From IMG/VR virus record IMGVR_UViG_3300025154_000052, positions 32,001-96,000 of that record: 64,000 nucleotides of DNA, one strand, 5' to 3'. The stretch is from a virus. Both the position numbers and the translations under genes were made by a program. Under the pieces are notes generated by a model, which had not been told where the DNA came from, made no database searches, and saw only the letters and a program-made list of their open reading frames with translations. This document shows, piece after piece, positions 8,213 through 18,253 of this stretch. Position 1 is the first letter of the stretch; each line of letters begins with the position of its first letter.

Positions 8213-9610
8213 TCAGACCTGCGGGGCAAAAAAATCATCGTCCCAGTTATCTTCGACCGGGGATTCGGGGATGTCTGACGGAATGGAGAACAGGCTGGAC
8301 AGGTTCGGGTGCTGGCTACACAGTTGAACGTATTCACACGTTCCTCTGCCCATGCACGCCCATGGCGCGGAACGTGGGAAGTCGAGCACCAATTCTGTGT
8401 CGGCGCTACTTGCCAGTTTCTCGAGCGTGACGCGGTTAGCCGATTTATAGTCTTCGACCTGCAGTCGTGCCCGGCCAAGGGATAACACATCCCGATAAGC
8501 CGCTATCTCGAACACCTCAATCTGATGATCCGTGACCGTTATCGGCTCGCGGTGGAAGAACCAGTTAGAGACCAGACCGTTGTACACGGACTGGTAGTCT
8601 TCGCTCTCCTCCAGAACGACCCCCAACTCATCCACAGCAGTTCGATACATCTCCGCTGTGGTGTCGATGGCAGCGGTGCTGACGGCTCGAGCCTTGGACC
8701 CGTCGAGAGACCTGCCGGAAGTCGTTCCGCACCGAGAACAGGGAACGGTATTTCCCTTCGCGTGTGTCATCGGACAGGCAATCAACTTCGGCTCGCCGGG
8801 AAGTTTCGTCCTGATGAGGTTGTAGATCACCTCGTTCGGACGGTCCTGTCGTCCCCACAGGCCATCACCGAAGGCAACGTAGGCGATGCCCTGTGTATCG
8901 AGCCGGTACATCTCCATGGCGGCTTCCCAGCGTCGGGAGATGGTAGTCTTGTGTTCGATGATCTTGATCCTGCCATCAGCCAGGTCCCGAACCACCAGAT
9001 CCCGGCGTCCTCGGTAGTATTTATCCCGGGCGAGTCGTCCGGTGGGAGTGTACACCCGGCCTGAGAACCATCCCTCTACGTCGATGATCTGATACCATTG
9101 GGCGTCGTGGTCGCCCCACGTCGCCCAATGGTTCCACATGAGGCTATCGGCCAGGTCCATCATGTCCTGCCGTGCCTCATGCGTCATTGGGATATCCTGC
9201 CGGTCGATCATCTCCCGGAGTACGATGTCCCGTTCCTCGAGCACGCCCATCCACGCACCTGTGACGTCGTTATGCTTGAGCCGAAGGAGTCGACACACAT
9301 CGTCCTTGTCCTTCACCCCAAGGAAGCTGAAGATGTCTCGGATATCGTCACCGGTCAGTCCTTCAGCGGTAGGTCCCCATGCGATGATCTTGAGTAGCGG
9401 TTCAATGGCCGCCTTCCTGGTGACCTTCTGGACGATGTACAGGCGTTGCAGGAGGTCGTGAACGAGTCCGCCAAGGTAGGCAGGTACTCGAGGTCGGGTA
9501 GGTTTGATGCCGAGTCCGTGGTTGAGTAGCCACTTGAACCGGCACTTCTTCAGTTCGACGAGTTGACTATGACTCGCCGTTATCGGTCTCTGCCGAACCT
9601 TCATCTTCAC
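8213..9610 (-). CDS. PD-(D/E)XK exonuclease, Cas4/AddB-like
   Basis: SHSQL..LKKC, G.LVH, RDLVV...IIEHKT, Q...Y; C-terminal C-x5-C-x5-C. Confidence 0.8.
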   Translation of the reverse strand: MKMKVRQRPITASHSQLVELKKCRFKWLLNHGLGIKPTRPRVPAYLGGLVHDLLQRLYIVQKVTRKAAIEPLLKIIAWGPTAEGLTGDDIRDIFSFLGVKDKDDVCRLLRLKHNDVTGAWMGVLEERDIVLREMIDRQDIPMTHEARQDMMDLADSLMWNHWATWGDHDAQWYQIIDVEGWFSGRVYTPTGRLARDKYYRGRRDLVVRDLADGRIKIIEHKTTISRRWEAAMEMYRLDTQGIAYVAFGDGLWGRQDRPNEVIYNLIRTKLPGEPKLIACPMTHAKGNTVPCSRCGTTSGRSLDGSKARAVSTAAIDTTAEMYRTAVDELGVVLEESEDYQSVYNGLVSNWFFHREPITVTDHQIEVFEIAAYRDVLSLGRARLQVEDYKSANRVTLEKLASSADTELVLDFPRSAPWACMGRGTCEYVQLCSQHPNLSSLFSIPSDIPESPVEDNWDDDFFAPQV

Positions 9611-10100
9611 GCCACCCCTCCAGGAGAGCGGCCGGATATCCGATCGCATCTCGAAGTATTTCGACTGGCAACCCGAGTTGCGCTGTCACCGGCACCAGTT
9701 TTTCATCGTTCGCCTCATGCGGCGACCGGAGCCACTGGGAAACCGACCGCTGCGGCAGGCTGATGAGATCGGACAGCCGCTGTACCGATAAGTCGATGGC
9801 CGCCATCCGAACGCGGATACGGTCCTTCGTGTTCGCTTCGTGCCGGAGCCCTTCCTCGTAGTTCTCGAACAGGTAGTCGCCCAGATCAGGGCGGAACCAG
9901 TAGTCGAGGCTTGAGAGACCCAACACCGAAGTCAGCATCGACAGTCGCTGGAGTTCGGGAAACTGCCGTGACTTCATGGAGTGGTAGGCTTGAGGCGTGA
10001 AGCCCACCTCGCGGCAGAGCCAGGTGAAACTTCTATCGAGAGCCGCCAGCCGTATCGCCACCTTCTTGTGAAAGTGCTGGACGGGTTTTGGTTTTGCCAC
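9567..10100 (-). CDS. Tandem XRE-like HTH transcriptional regulator
   Basis: Two HTH-like repeats (FTWLCREVGFTPQAY; VQRLSDLISLPQRSVSQW). Confidence 0.65.
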   Translation of the reverse strand: MAKPKPVQHFHKKVAIRLAALDRSFTWLCREVGFTPQAYHSMKSRQFPELQRLSMLTSVLGLSSLDYWFRPDLGDYLFENYEEGLRHEANTKDRIRVRMAAIDLSVQRLSDLISLPQRSVSQWLRSPHEANDEKLVPVTAQLGLPVEILRDAIGYPAALLEGWREDEGSAETDNGES

Positions 10101-10140
10101 AGAAAATCCCTTTCTATATTGAACGTTACCGACTAACGCT

Positions 10141-10169
10141 AACATATCAGCGTTATTTTAAGGTGTCAA
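10141..10169 (-). promoter_or_regulatory. Sigma70-type promoter
   Basis: TTGACA-N17-TATGTT upstream of the tandem HTH gene. Confidence 0.6.
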
Positions 10170-12048
10170 ATCGAGTGCTAAGGTGTTGTGCTATCTGCAC
10201 AATATCTGCTTGGGTGTTTCCGTCAGACGTCGCGCTGACAATGCCACGTTTGCGCTCGATCACATCCCATATGTCCTCGTAGATAGTGCCCTTCCCTACG
10301 AGATAGTAAGCCGTGACCGGGTGCGTCTGGCCGCTACGCCAGCTCCTATCTTCCGCCTGATCGTGGGCGGTGGATGTCCAGTCGAGATCAACGAATAACT
10401 CATTCGGCCCAGCAGTGATATTCAACGCCTCTCGGCCTGCTTTGAGCGAGATGACGATCATCTGCGCTGCCGGTTCGGCCTGGAAGCGCTGGACCTGAGC
10501 GAACCGTGTGGCCGGTGAGTCGTCCCCATGAACTCTCACAGAGATGTCACGAAAGCGCTCATATATCGCCTGCTGAACGTCTCTACTCAGAGCAAAGACC
10601 AGCAACTTTTGGCCCGACTCGAGGAAGTCGGTAATCCATTGGATAGCTACCGGAATCATCGCCTTTGAGGCCAGACTACGCAGCGTTCCAAGCCTGACAA
10701 GGGTCTCAGCCGGAGAAGGCTGCATCGACAGCCAGGATGCGGTTTCTTGCTCGGCTTTCCGGTATTCCTTGGGAAGATCGAGGTCGACCAGCACCTTAAC
10801 CCGGGTCTTCGGCGGAAGGTCCTTGAGCACATCGATCTTACGGCGTCGGATCATGCAGGTACTGCGTAGCACCTCGTTGAACTCGCGCAGATGTAGCGCT
10901 TCCGGGTCCGCGTCGGGATGGACCCATCCCCAGTTTGCTTGGTACGCCCCGCAATAGCGCTTCGTCATGGTGTGCCAGCCACCAACGTCATCCAACCGTC
11001 CAAGAATCTTCAGGATCGGAATCCACTCCTTCACCTGATTGTTGATCGGCGTGCCGGATAGGCCCAATCGGACACGAAGTTTAGCACCCAGGATCTTGAC
11101 CAGATCCATGATGGCGCTGGTGCGTTGGCTCCCCGGGTTGCCGAGATAATGAACCTCGTCAAGGACAAGCCCAGACAGTCCCTGTTGAATGAGGTTTTGA
11201 AGTATGGCCGATAGCGCGACTCGTCGCCCCTTCTTCTCGACTCGCCAGGGTTGTTCCTTTGTCGCCTCATTGAATGTGCGTCTGGCCGTTGGGCTGATAA
11301 TGCAGTTGCGCAGACGTCGCGCTGGACGGTCGTATCCACCGACTACGATACCGAGGGATTGAAGGAGCTCTCTCGCTTCACGTTGCGCCATGCCTTCGGG
11401 ATGGAAGATCGACGCAACATCCATCCAGCCATCGGCCAGCAGGTCGTAGTTGATCACGGTGATGTCGGCTGGAGTCGTATTCCCCTGTCCCGAGTTGATC
11501 ACGTTAACGCTTCTGTGAGGAAGCGCAATAGCCAACTCGTCAGCCCAGTTGTACTTTGCGCTGGCAGGACAGACGACCAGTGCTGGGTAGGCTTGAGCCA
11601 GTTCGACTGCTGCGATGGCTTGCAGAGTTTTCCCAACGCCCATCTCGTCAGCAATGATGACACGGAAGTCGGCCATCTGGCAGTAACAAACGCCGGCGCG
11701 CTGGTACGGCCTGAGTTTTCGGCGAAGTCCCGGGACATCAACTGATGCGTCAACGGCTCGAGAAGCCGCGAGCAACTTGCGCCCATTCCCTTCAAGCGAG
11801 ACAATCTTATCCATCGCTACCCGCTGACACAGGAAGTTGTGCTTCCTTCCGAGTAGCCGGACAGCGATGGCAGCAGATCTTGAAGTAGCAGGGACGGTCC
11901 AGATTCCACGGGACGGGTCGTATTCTCGGCCTGGCAAGTCATGCACGTCGGCTATTAATGCCTGACTGGGCGTGAAACCCACATGAAACGTGTCTGCCGA
12001 TTTGTCGTATCCAATCCATCTCTCTGGTGCCAATCGTGCTACCTCCAA
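10153..12048 (-). CDS. SNF2/SMARCAL1-like helicase
   Basis: IIADEMGVGKT, VLDEVH, LSGTP, motif VI QAEDRSWRSGQ. Confidence 0.9.
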   Translation of the reverse strand: MEVARLAPERWIGYDKSADTFHVGFTPSQALIADVHDLPGREYDPSRGIWTVPATSRSAAIAVRLLGRKHNFLCQRVAMDKIVSLEGNGRKLLAASRAVDASVDVPGLRRKLRPYQRAGVCYCQMADFRVIIADEMGVGKTLQAIAAVELAQAYPALVVCPASAKYNWADELAIALPHRSVNVINSGQGNTTPADITVINYDLLADGWMDVASIFHPEGMAQREARELLQSLGIVVGGYDRPARRLRNCIISPTARRTFNEATKEQPWRVEKKGRRVALSAILQNLIQQGLSGLVLDEVHYLGNPGSQRTSAIMDLVKILGAKLRVRLGLSGTPINNQVKEWIPILKILGRLDDVGGWHTMTKRYCGAYQANWGWVHPDADPEALHLREFNEVLRSTCMIRRRKIDVLKDLPPKTRVKVLVDLDLPKEYRKAEQETASWLSMQPSPAETLVRLGTLRSLASKAMIPVAIQWITDFLESGQKLLVFALSRDVQQAIYERFRDISVRVHGDDSPATRFAQVQRFQAEPAAQMIVISLKAGREALNITAGPNELFVDLDWTSTAHDQAEDRSWRSGQTHPVTAYYLVGKGTIYEDIWDVIERKRGIVSATSDGNTQADIVQIAQHLSTRFDTLK

Positions 12049-12053
12049 ATCTT

Positions 12054-12095
12054 AATCTAACTCCGGATGCACAAACTTTCAACTGATTTTTTATT
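12054..12095 (-). promoter_or_regulatory. Sigma70-type promoter with upstream A-tract
   Basis: AATAAAAA-N5-TTGAAA-N17-TAGATT. Confidence 0.55.
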
Positions 12096-12173
12096 GATAC
12101 GAGACAACGGCGTGAATTTGCCCACATCGATCAAATAAGACACGATGGATCAATCAGTCATTTTGGAGGAGTC

Positions 12174-12860
12174 ATGGACGAGCAAGACAAAGATCTTGAA
12201 ACGCATAGCGGAACCGCCAGGTCATGGAATCGTCAGCCCGGGGAGACATCGAAAGCATGGGCGCTATTCAAGTTGTGGCTTCGAGATCCGAATCACAGTT
12301 TTACCACTGCGGCTCGTAAGTACCGTGAGATCAACGGGCTGAAAAATCCGCCAAAAAATCCATGGATCGGTTGGATGCAGGATGCCCGGCTGAAGTGGAA
12401 GTGGGAGAAAAGACTTGATGATTACGAGGCACACCTTGATCAGCAGCGGGCTGCACTCGAGGCTGAGCAGCAGCGCGCACAGGTAAACATGTGGTTCGGG
12501 CGTGATCCGGCGTGGAGGGAGGAGCGCTACAAGATGGCTGAAGCCCTCGTGGATCGAGTGAAACAGATGCTCGCTATCCCGCTGGTTGAGACAGTCAGTG
12601 AGACGACAGAGGCACTTCCGGATGGACGGACACTTAAGCGTGTGACCATCCTTAAACCGGTGCACTGGCGGCATTCGGACATCCCCAGTTTTCTGGCCGT
12701 GGCAGATAAACTGGCGGCGCTGGCACTTGGCAAACCGACCGACCATACCAAGGTGGAGACCAACAACTACGCTGAAATGTCAGAAGACGAACTCGATAGA
12801 CTCATGGAGAAAAAGATCCTTGAACTCAAGGGTCTCACCGTCCCAGACATGGTCCAGTAG
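12174..12860 (+). CDS. Terminase small subunit-like protein
   Basis: RQPGETSKAW..F..W...W..RL.DY pattern recalled from phage TerS-like HTH proteins. Confidence 0.55.
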   Translation: MDEQDKDLETHSGTARSWNRQPGETSKAWALFKLWLRDPNHSFTTAARKYREINGLKNPPKNPWIGWMQDARLKWKWEKRLDDYEAHLDQQRAALEAEQQRAQVNMWFGRDPAWREERYKMAEALVDRVKQMLAIPLVETVSETTEALPDGRTLKRVTILKPVHWRHSDIPSFLAVADKLAALALGKPTDHTKVETNNYAEMSEDELDRLMEKKILELKGLTVPDMVQ

Positions 12861-12876
12861 CTTCCGACCGCGAAAC

Positions 12877-12918
12877 ATTAAAATAGCCGTTGACTCTGGT
12901 GCAATTCCGGGCTACGAT
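12877..12918 (+). promoter_or_regulatory. Sigma70-type promoter with ATTAAAAT element
   Basis: ATTAAAAT-N5-TTGACT-N17-TACGAT. Confidence 0.7.
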
Positions 12919-12959
12919 CTCCTCTGCGGTACTGGCGTGAACGCTGACAGGAGATACGC

Positions 12960-14582
12960 ATGCCCGGAATGGAAGCGGTACGGAGTCTTTTTGGTCGGTT
13001 GGATAAACCGGCAGTAGCCGTGGGGTTCTGCGGAATCGGCGGAGCATGCAAGGGCATTCAGGACGCCCTTGGTGTGGCCCCGCTGGTTGCCGTGAATCAC
13101 AGCCGGGCGGCCATCGCTGCCCATGCAGCCAACTTTCCGGACACGATCCACATTCAGGAGGACATCTTACAAGTTGCCCCGCTTCGCGTGACCCGTGGCC
13201 GCAAGGTAAAGTACGGCTGGCTTTCCCCGGATTGCACTCATCATAGCCGGGCCAAGGGAGCAAAACCGCTCGATTCTGGGCGCCGCTCGCTTGCCAACGT
13301 AGCCATTGACTGGGTTAGAGACCTCGGGCTCGACGTACTTTTCCTCGAGAACGTTCCGGAGTTTCGGCAGTGGGGGCCGTTGTATCCGGACGATCATCCG
13401 GACCCGGCGTTAAGGGGACGGCCGATCAAGGAGCGCGCCGGCGAAGACTTCCGCCGATGGTGCGGTGAACTCGAGGCGCTCGGCGGCCATGTGGAGTGGC
13501 GGGTTCTCCGGGCGTGCGACTACGGTGCTCCGACCAGCCGAGAGCGCCTCTATATCGTGGTGCGCTTCGACGGGATTCCCTTCCGATGGCCAGAGCCGAC
13601 GCACGGACCCGGTAGAGTATACCCATGGCGCACCGCTGCATCCTGCATTGACTGGTCGATTCCGGAGCTCAGTATCTTCGCCTCTCCGGAAGAGGCACGG
13701 GCCTGGGCGAAGGCAGTTGGCGCCGATGGCGTGCCCAAGAGGCCGCTTGCCGATGCGACCCTGCGCCGGGTGGCTACGGGGCTGGTGCGGTTCGTGATCG
13801 AGAGTCCACGGCCGTATATCATCCCTTTGAGGGGCACATCTCTGAGTCACCGATCGGCTCATAGTATTGATGTCCCTTTATCCACCGTGACTGCCGGCGG
13901 GACTCATCACGGACTCGTTTCCCCGCTACTCATCAACACGCGGAACGGCGAGCGGATCGGCCAGGCTCCCCGGGTGTACGACATTCAACAGCCATACCCA
14001 ACCGTAACCGCTCAGGGCAGTCAGGGTGCGCTTGTGACCGCCCACCTGACGAGTTTCTATGGCCAGTCAAAAGGGTCGTCTCTCGATGCTCCGTGCCCGT
14101 CGCCGATGGCGAACGTGAACCACGAAGCGCTTGTGACCGCCTGGCTCGCCAAACATTACACGGGCGTCGTCGGCTCGAGCCTGACCGACCCGCTCGGCAC
14201 CGTGACCGGGATCGACCATCACAGCCTCTGCCAGGCCCACCTTGCCCCGGCAGAGATCGCAGGCGCCCGCCGTGTGGCGTCATTCCTATGCACCTACTAC
14301 GGCCAGTCGATCGGCCAGGACCTGCGCGAGCCGATGGCTACCGTCACCGGGCATGACCGGTTCGGGCTTGTGACCGTCGACATCCGTGGGGAGCCGTGGG
14401 TGGTTTATGACGTGTCCTTACGGATGCTCCAGCCGCGAGAGTTGGCAAGGGCGATGGGCTTTCTGGACACCTACAAACTCATCGGCACCAAAGCGGAGCA
14501 AGTGGCAGGGATCGGGAATGCGGTCAGCCCTATCATGGCAGAAGCGCTGGTGCGATCTCACCTGGGCCTGACTGTACAGTGA
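12960..14582 (+). CDS. C5-cytosine DNA methyltransferase
   Basis: GFCGIGG (motif I), SPDC (IV), LENV (VI), YGAPTSRERL (VIII), QVAGIGNAV (X). Confidence 0.93.
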   Translation: MPGMEAVRSLFGRLDKPAVAVGFCGIGGACKGIQDALGVAPLVAVNHSRAAIAAHAANFPDTIHIQEDILQVAPLRVTRGRKVKYGWLSPDCTHHSRAKGAKPLDSGRRSLANVAIDWVRDLGLDVLFLENVPEFRQWGPLYPDDHPDPALRGRPIKERAGEDFRRWCGELEALGGHVEWRVLRACDYGAPTSRERLYIVVRFDGIPFRWPEPTHGPGRVYPWRTAASCIDWSIPELSIFASPEEARAWAKAVGADGVPKRPLADATLRRVATGLVRFVIESPRPYIIPLRGTSLSHRSAHSIDVPLSTVTAGGTHHGLVSPLLINTRNGERIGQAPRVYDIQQPYPTVTAQGSQGALVTAHLTSFYGQSKGSSLDAPCPSPMANVNHEALVTAWLAKHYTGVVGSSLTDPLGTVTGIDHHSLCQAHLAPAEIAGARRVASFLCTYYGQSIGQDLREPMATVTGHDRFGLVTVDIRGEPWVVYDVSLRMLQPRELARAMGFLDTYKLIGTKAEQVAGIGNAVSPIMAEALVRSHLGLTVQ

Positions 14583-14589
14583 GGATGCA

Positions 14590-15114
14590 ATGGCGAATCG
14601 AAAGCGGACCACTTCACGCGAGCAGAAACCATGTCTCCATTGCGGAACGATGTTCGAACGCAAGCCGAACGTGGGCATGCCAGTGTTCAACAAGCAGAGG
14701 TTTTGTAGCCCACGATGTGGACGACTATGGAACGAAGCACAGAAGCCTCCGCTGGAGCAGCGAGAGCGAAAGTGCAGCACACGGTACTTTAAGACTAAGG
14801 TTGCTGGTAGGACTATCAACGTGCACCGCTACGTGATGGAACAGAAACTGGGCCGGAATTTGAAACCGGATGAAATTGTCCACCACGTCAACGGGGACAA
14901 GCACGACAACAGTCCGGAGAATCTCGAACTGACCACTGCAAAAGATCATTCTCATCACCATAATCAGAAGCACCCGTTGACATCAACCTGCACGGTTTGC
15001 GGGAATGAGTTCACGCCATCTCCGACGAAGCGAGCCAGGGCGAAGACCTGTAGCCCGGCGTGCAGGGGCAAGGCCATTGGTAGAGCACAGTCTGCCCGCT
15101 GGAGTGCCGAATGA
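14590..15114 (+). CDS. HNH endonuclease
   Basis: VHRYVM...IVHHVNGDKHDNSPENL plus Cys knuckles. Confidence 0.9.
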   Translation: MANRKRTTSREQKPCLHCGTMFERKPNVGMPVFNKQRFCSPRCGRLWNEAQKPPLEQRERKCSTRYFKTKVAGRTINVHRYVMEQKLGRNLKPDEIVHHVNGDKHDNSPENLELTTAKDHSHHHNQKHPLTSTCTVCGNEFTPSPTKRARAKTCSPACRGKAIGRAQSARWSAE

Positions 15115-15319
15115 AACAACTTGGATTGGTTCAGGAAGATAAGTTCTAAGGGGTGGAAGCCCTAAAGGTGCGATGTCTTTGCGGGTCAATAGCCAGTAAT
15201 GAGGTCTGGGTACGAGACGGAACCTTTATCGACTGGACGGAGCACCGTGTGATGCCGGTGTCGTGCGATCAGGCTAACGGATGTGCCTGAGTTGAATAAC
15301 TTCCAATGGGAGATCGAGC

Positions 15320-15832
15320 ATGAAGGTTGAACGTTCGACCGTCACAAAGTTGACGATCAAAAACATCCCGCATTTGGATCCGGTGAGTGTCATCCTTGAA
15401 GACATCGGACTACGGCAGGGCAAGGTCATCATCGAGTGCTTCGGGGAGTCGTGGACAGCCAATTGGGGTGGTATAGGAGCCAGGACAGTGCAGCAGTTTT
15501 TCGCGTCCTGCTCGTCTGGCTACCTTGTGGGCTGTCTCGATCGTGGGTGTTCTGCCATCATCACTGACAAAAGCCGGCTCCAGGATTGGCTGAAGGAGAC
15601 GGTTCTGCAGCGACGTCGAGATGGTGATTTCACCCGTCAACAAGCGCGGGAGTTGTGGGACGAGGTCAATGACCGTCGTCCAGATGATGTGGATCACTAT
15701 GACGATCTGATCGAGTCGGTCGTTGGCCCCGAGTGGTGGCATTGCCTGCCACAGTGCGAGAACCCACGATACGTATATCTGACACGCATCGTCAAGGCGG
15801 TACAGGAGGCGATGAATGCGAAAACTGTTTGA
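15320..15832 (+). CDS. Conserved phage hypothetical protein
   Basis: LDPVSVILED...G.VIIEC.GESW...WGG pattern recalled from prophage proteins; RBS present. Confidence 0.7.
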   Translation: MKVERSTVTKLTIKNIPHLDPVSVILEDIGLRQGKVIIECFGESWTANWGGIGARTVQQFFASCSSGYLVGCLDRGCSAIITDKSRLQDWLKETVLQRRRDGDFTRQQARELWDEVNDRRPDDVDHYDDLIESVVGPEWWHCLPQCENPRYVYLTRIVKAVQEAMNAKTV

Positions 15833-15881
15833 TGTGTGCCGCCATGGTGTCGGTGCTGATTTTGATAATCGTGAGGTGAGT

Positions 15882-16250
15882 ATGAGTCTGATCGAAACAT
15901 GGGAAGCCCGGACACGCGACCCAATGACGTCCGTCGAAGAGCGGCAGCAGGTCACGCGCTGCATTGACGACCTCGAGGATGCCACTACGCCCCGCGCCCC
16001 GCGTCCGGAGTGGTTTGAGCAGTGGGATGCGTGGTGGTTTAAGGACATAGGGGTGCTCCTCGATGTTGAATACGATCGGAACGGCATATCCGGAGGCACG
16101 CGGGAGAGTTGGATCTATGGGACATGGGACGATGGCGCCCGGGTTGGATTTCCTGCTGACAGGTGCACAGCCTGCATCCCCGTTCGTCGTCCGCCAGATC
16201 CCCCGGCGATGGACGTCGGTTGGGGCGTGGTTGGAGGGGTGAGATGCTGA
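15882..16250 (+). CDS. Hypothetical protein
   Basis: GAGGT RBS; operon context. Confidence 0.6.
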   Translation: MSLIETWEARTRDPMTSVEERQQVTRCIDDLEDATTPRAPRPEWFEQWDAWWFKDIGVLLDVEYDRNGISGGTRESWIYGTWDDGARVGFPADRCTACIPVRRPPDPPAMDVGWGVVGGVRC

Positions 16251-16618
16251 CGACGGCTCATGCGCAGATCGGCACCATGTACCGGCTACCGCCCTCTCGA
16301 CTCGAACGCATCGAGTCGGAGGTAGAGGTTTTTCTGTCGCGGTTTTCAAGCGTCGTTGCGGCTGTGAAAGACACTGGAGGAATGGGGTTGTGTGAGTTCT
16401 ACTCACGCTCGCTGGCCGCATGGCTCAGGCATCGCGGTCACTCTGCATACGTAGCATGGGTGACGCGTGAGCAGGTGTCATATCCGTATGATGTCGCGGT
16501 GAACGGTGATCCAGAAGTAGACCACTACATCACTGTAGTTGGTGATGTACGAATAGATTTGACCGCACGCCAGTTTGATAGCCTCGCCCCGTTTCCGATG
16601 GTTTGGAGGACAAGATGA
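16244..16618 (+). CDS. Small transglutaminase/papain-fold-like protein (Cys-His-Asp), paralog of 47233-47694
   Basis: GLCEFYS.SLA.WL, HY, RIDLTARQF..FP. Confidence 0.6.
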   Translation: MLTTAHAQIGTMYRLPPSRLERIESEVEVFLSRFSSVVAAVKDTGGMGLCEFYSRSLAAWLRHRGHSAYVAWVTREQVSYPYDVAVNGDPEVDHYITVVGDVRIDLTARQFDSLAPFPMVWRTR

Positions 16619-16938
16619 AAACACACATCGGCCCGTTTCCGCCCAATGACGGCAAGGAATGGGATTACCAGTGCGCCAGGTGCGGATCTACTGCTGACTT
16701 CCTCGAGTGCGAGGCGTGCGGAGGGGAGGGCGTATCTGGTCACGACTGCGGAGAGGATTGTTGCTGTTGCGAGGACCCTGAGGACAACATCCGTTGCGAC
16801 ATCTGCAACGGTGCATGCGGTTGGTATGTCTGTCTATCCACTGAGGAATGGTGCGAGCAGAATCCGTATACCGATCCACCCCGGGGGCGAGGGCAGATCG
16901 AGTGGTTTTGTCTGGCAGAGGAGGATAGCTACGAATGA
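16615..16938 (+). CDS. Cys-rich hypothetical protein (CxxCxGxG repeats)
   Basis: CARCGS, CEACGGEG, CDICNGACG. Confidence 0.6.
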   Translation: MKTHIGPFPPNDGKEWDYQCARCGSTADFLECEACGGEGVSGHDCGEDCCCCEDPEDNIRCDICNGACGWYVCLSTEEWCEQNPYTDPPRGRGQIEWFCLAEEDSYE

Positions 16939-17420
16939 AACACCTTCGAGACATGACCCCATGCGACCTATCGGAACTCGCCACACTCGACCCGGAGACC
17001 CCGGACGGGCGGGCGACGTTTAACCGCCTGGCGCATGAGATGAGGGGGCTACCGGACGCCGTTGTATGCCCAGAGTGCTTGGGCGTCGATTGGGATGAGC
17101 ACGAGGTGGAGTGGGACGATGGGTCAACCTCATGGCGCGATGCGTGTAGTTGCGCCCGGAATGAGGTAGGAGGCTACATCGTCGCCCCGATCCTCGACCT
17201 CTGCCACCCGGGTCCCTTCGACCCAGAGCCCGTCGTGGCAGCGGTGAGGGCGTGGACGGGGATGGACCTTCATCTCGAGATCGAGATCAACGGTCACGGA
17301 TACACCTTTGCGCGGTTTGTCAACGTCAGTGAGTCCGACTGGCAGACATCTCGCCACATGGCCCACGCCTGCATCTACGCGGGCATCATCGCCTGCGTGG
17401 TTTACGGGAGGGTGGGATGA
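16935..17420 (+). CDS. Hypothetical protein
   Basis: ATGA overlap with upstream gene. Confidence 0.6.
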   Translation: MKHLRDMTPCDLSELATLDPETPDGRATFNRLAHEMRGLPDAVVCPECLGVDWDEHEVEWDDGSTSWRDACSCARNEVGGYIVAPILDLCHPGPFDPEPVVAAVRAWTGMDLHLEIEINGHGYTFARFVNVSESDWQTSRHMAHACIYAGIIACVVYGRVG

Positions 17421-17776
17421 AGCCCGACACATGTAAGCACTTCACCGGCGTTCAGCATGACCGATGTGAGAGCGGTATTCGGTATCAGGAAGTGAGAGAC
17501 TCGAGCGGACCCGGTGCCTACCGGTGGCCATGCCTTCCGCCACATACGCCGGGCACGACATGTCAGACGACGTGTACCGCTCGGGAGTATCTGACACAAG
17601 CAGAGGTGTCCGCCTTCGACACGCAGGTTGAAGCGGCTGTCACTGCGGCGCTTTCCGCACTCGCGGACGGTAAGTGCCCGCACTGCGGCAACCCAATCGA
17701 GAGTAAGCAGCAAGTCGGACCGTGTGTCTATGCCCGTCCCTGCGGACACCGGATACGCCAGGGGACGGCGGCGTGA
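17417..17776 (+). CDS. Cys-rich hypothetical protein
   Basis: ATGA overlap; CPHCG and CGH zinc motifs. Confidence 0.6.
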   Translation: MKPDTCKHFTGVQHDRCESGIRYQEVRDSSGPGAYRWPCLPPHTPGTTCQTTCTAREYLTQAEVSAFDTQVEAAVTAALSALADGKCPHCGNPIESKQQVGPCVYARPCGHRIRQGTAA

Positions 17777-17967
17777 AGATCCAACCCTGCCGTCACTGCA
17801 ACCACAAGCCCACGTTGCAGAAAGTCGCTGGTCCGTCAGCCTCCGGGCTCTGGTACACCTACGTCTGCCGGTGCGGAGCGACACCGGACGTGTACGACGG
17901 TACCCGGCTCGAAGCGATCGAGCGGTGGAATGCCACGCATGGAGAAAGGAGTGGAGCGAATGACTGA
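17773..17967 (+). CDS. Lar-family restriction alleviation-like protein
   Basis: IQPCRHC...CRCGA...EAIERWN matches the Lar pattern. Confidence 0.6.
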   Translation: MKIQPCRHCNHKPTLQKVAGPSASGLWYTYVCRCGATPDVYDGTRLEAIERWNATHGERSGAND

Positions 17968-18253
17968 ATTCAGCAGCCGAGACCTGATCGACGCCCTGCG
18001 TCGTCTTCGTGACGTCAACGACCACGTCATGATCTACGTCGGACCCATCAGCGTAAACGTCCACCTGTACCCGTGGCGCGGTTGCCTGTCGTCGCTGTCG
18101 GTAGGTCCTCTCAGTGTCTGGTTCTGGCGTATTCACGAGCCCGGACGCAGACTCAAGTGGTGGTGGGAAGGGAAGGAGTTGAACGTTCAGGTCCGTTCAT
18201 GCCGGTTTGACAACGTCAGCCGCTGCGCGGCGCGCGCGGGGAGGGGGAGATGA
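17960..18253 (+). CDS. Hypothetical protein
   Basis: RBS and overlap context. Confidence 0.5.
   Translation: MTEFSSRDLIDALRRLRDVNDHVMIYVGPISVNVHLYPWRGCLSSLSVGPLSVWFWRIHEPGRRLKWWWEGKELNVQVRSCRFDNVSRCAARAGRGR

Noticed and set aside
7346-8278. Long antisense ORFs such as 7346..8278, 42498..43430 and 51731..52525
   Set aside because: Shadow frames of well-supported genes in GC-rich DNA.
8213-9610. Bona fide cas4 or a cas operon for the arrays
   Set aside because: The gene sits in a standard Sak4/SSB recombination module; no cas1, cas2, cas5, cas6, cas7 or effector motifs were seen.
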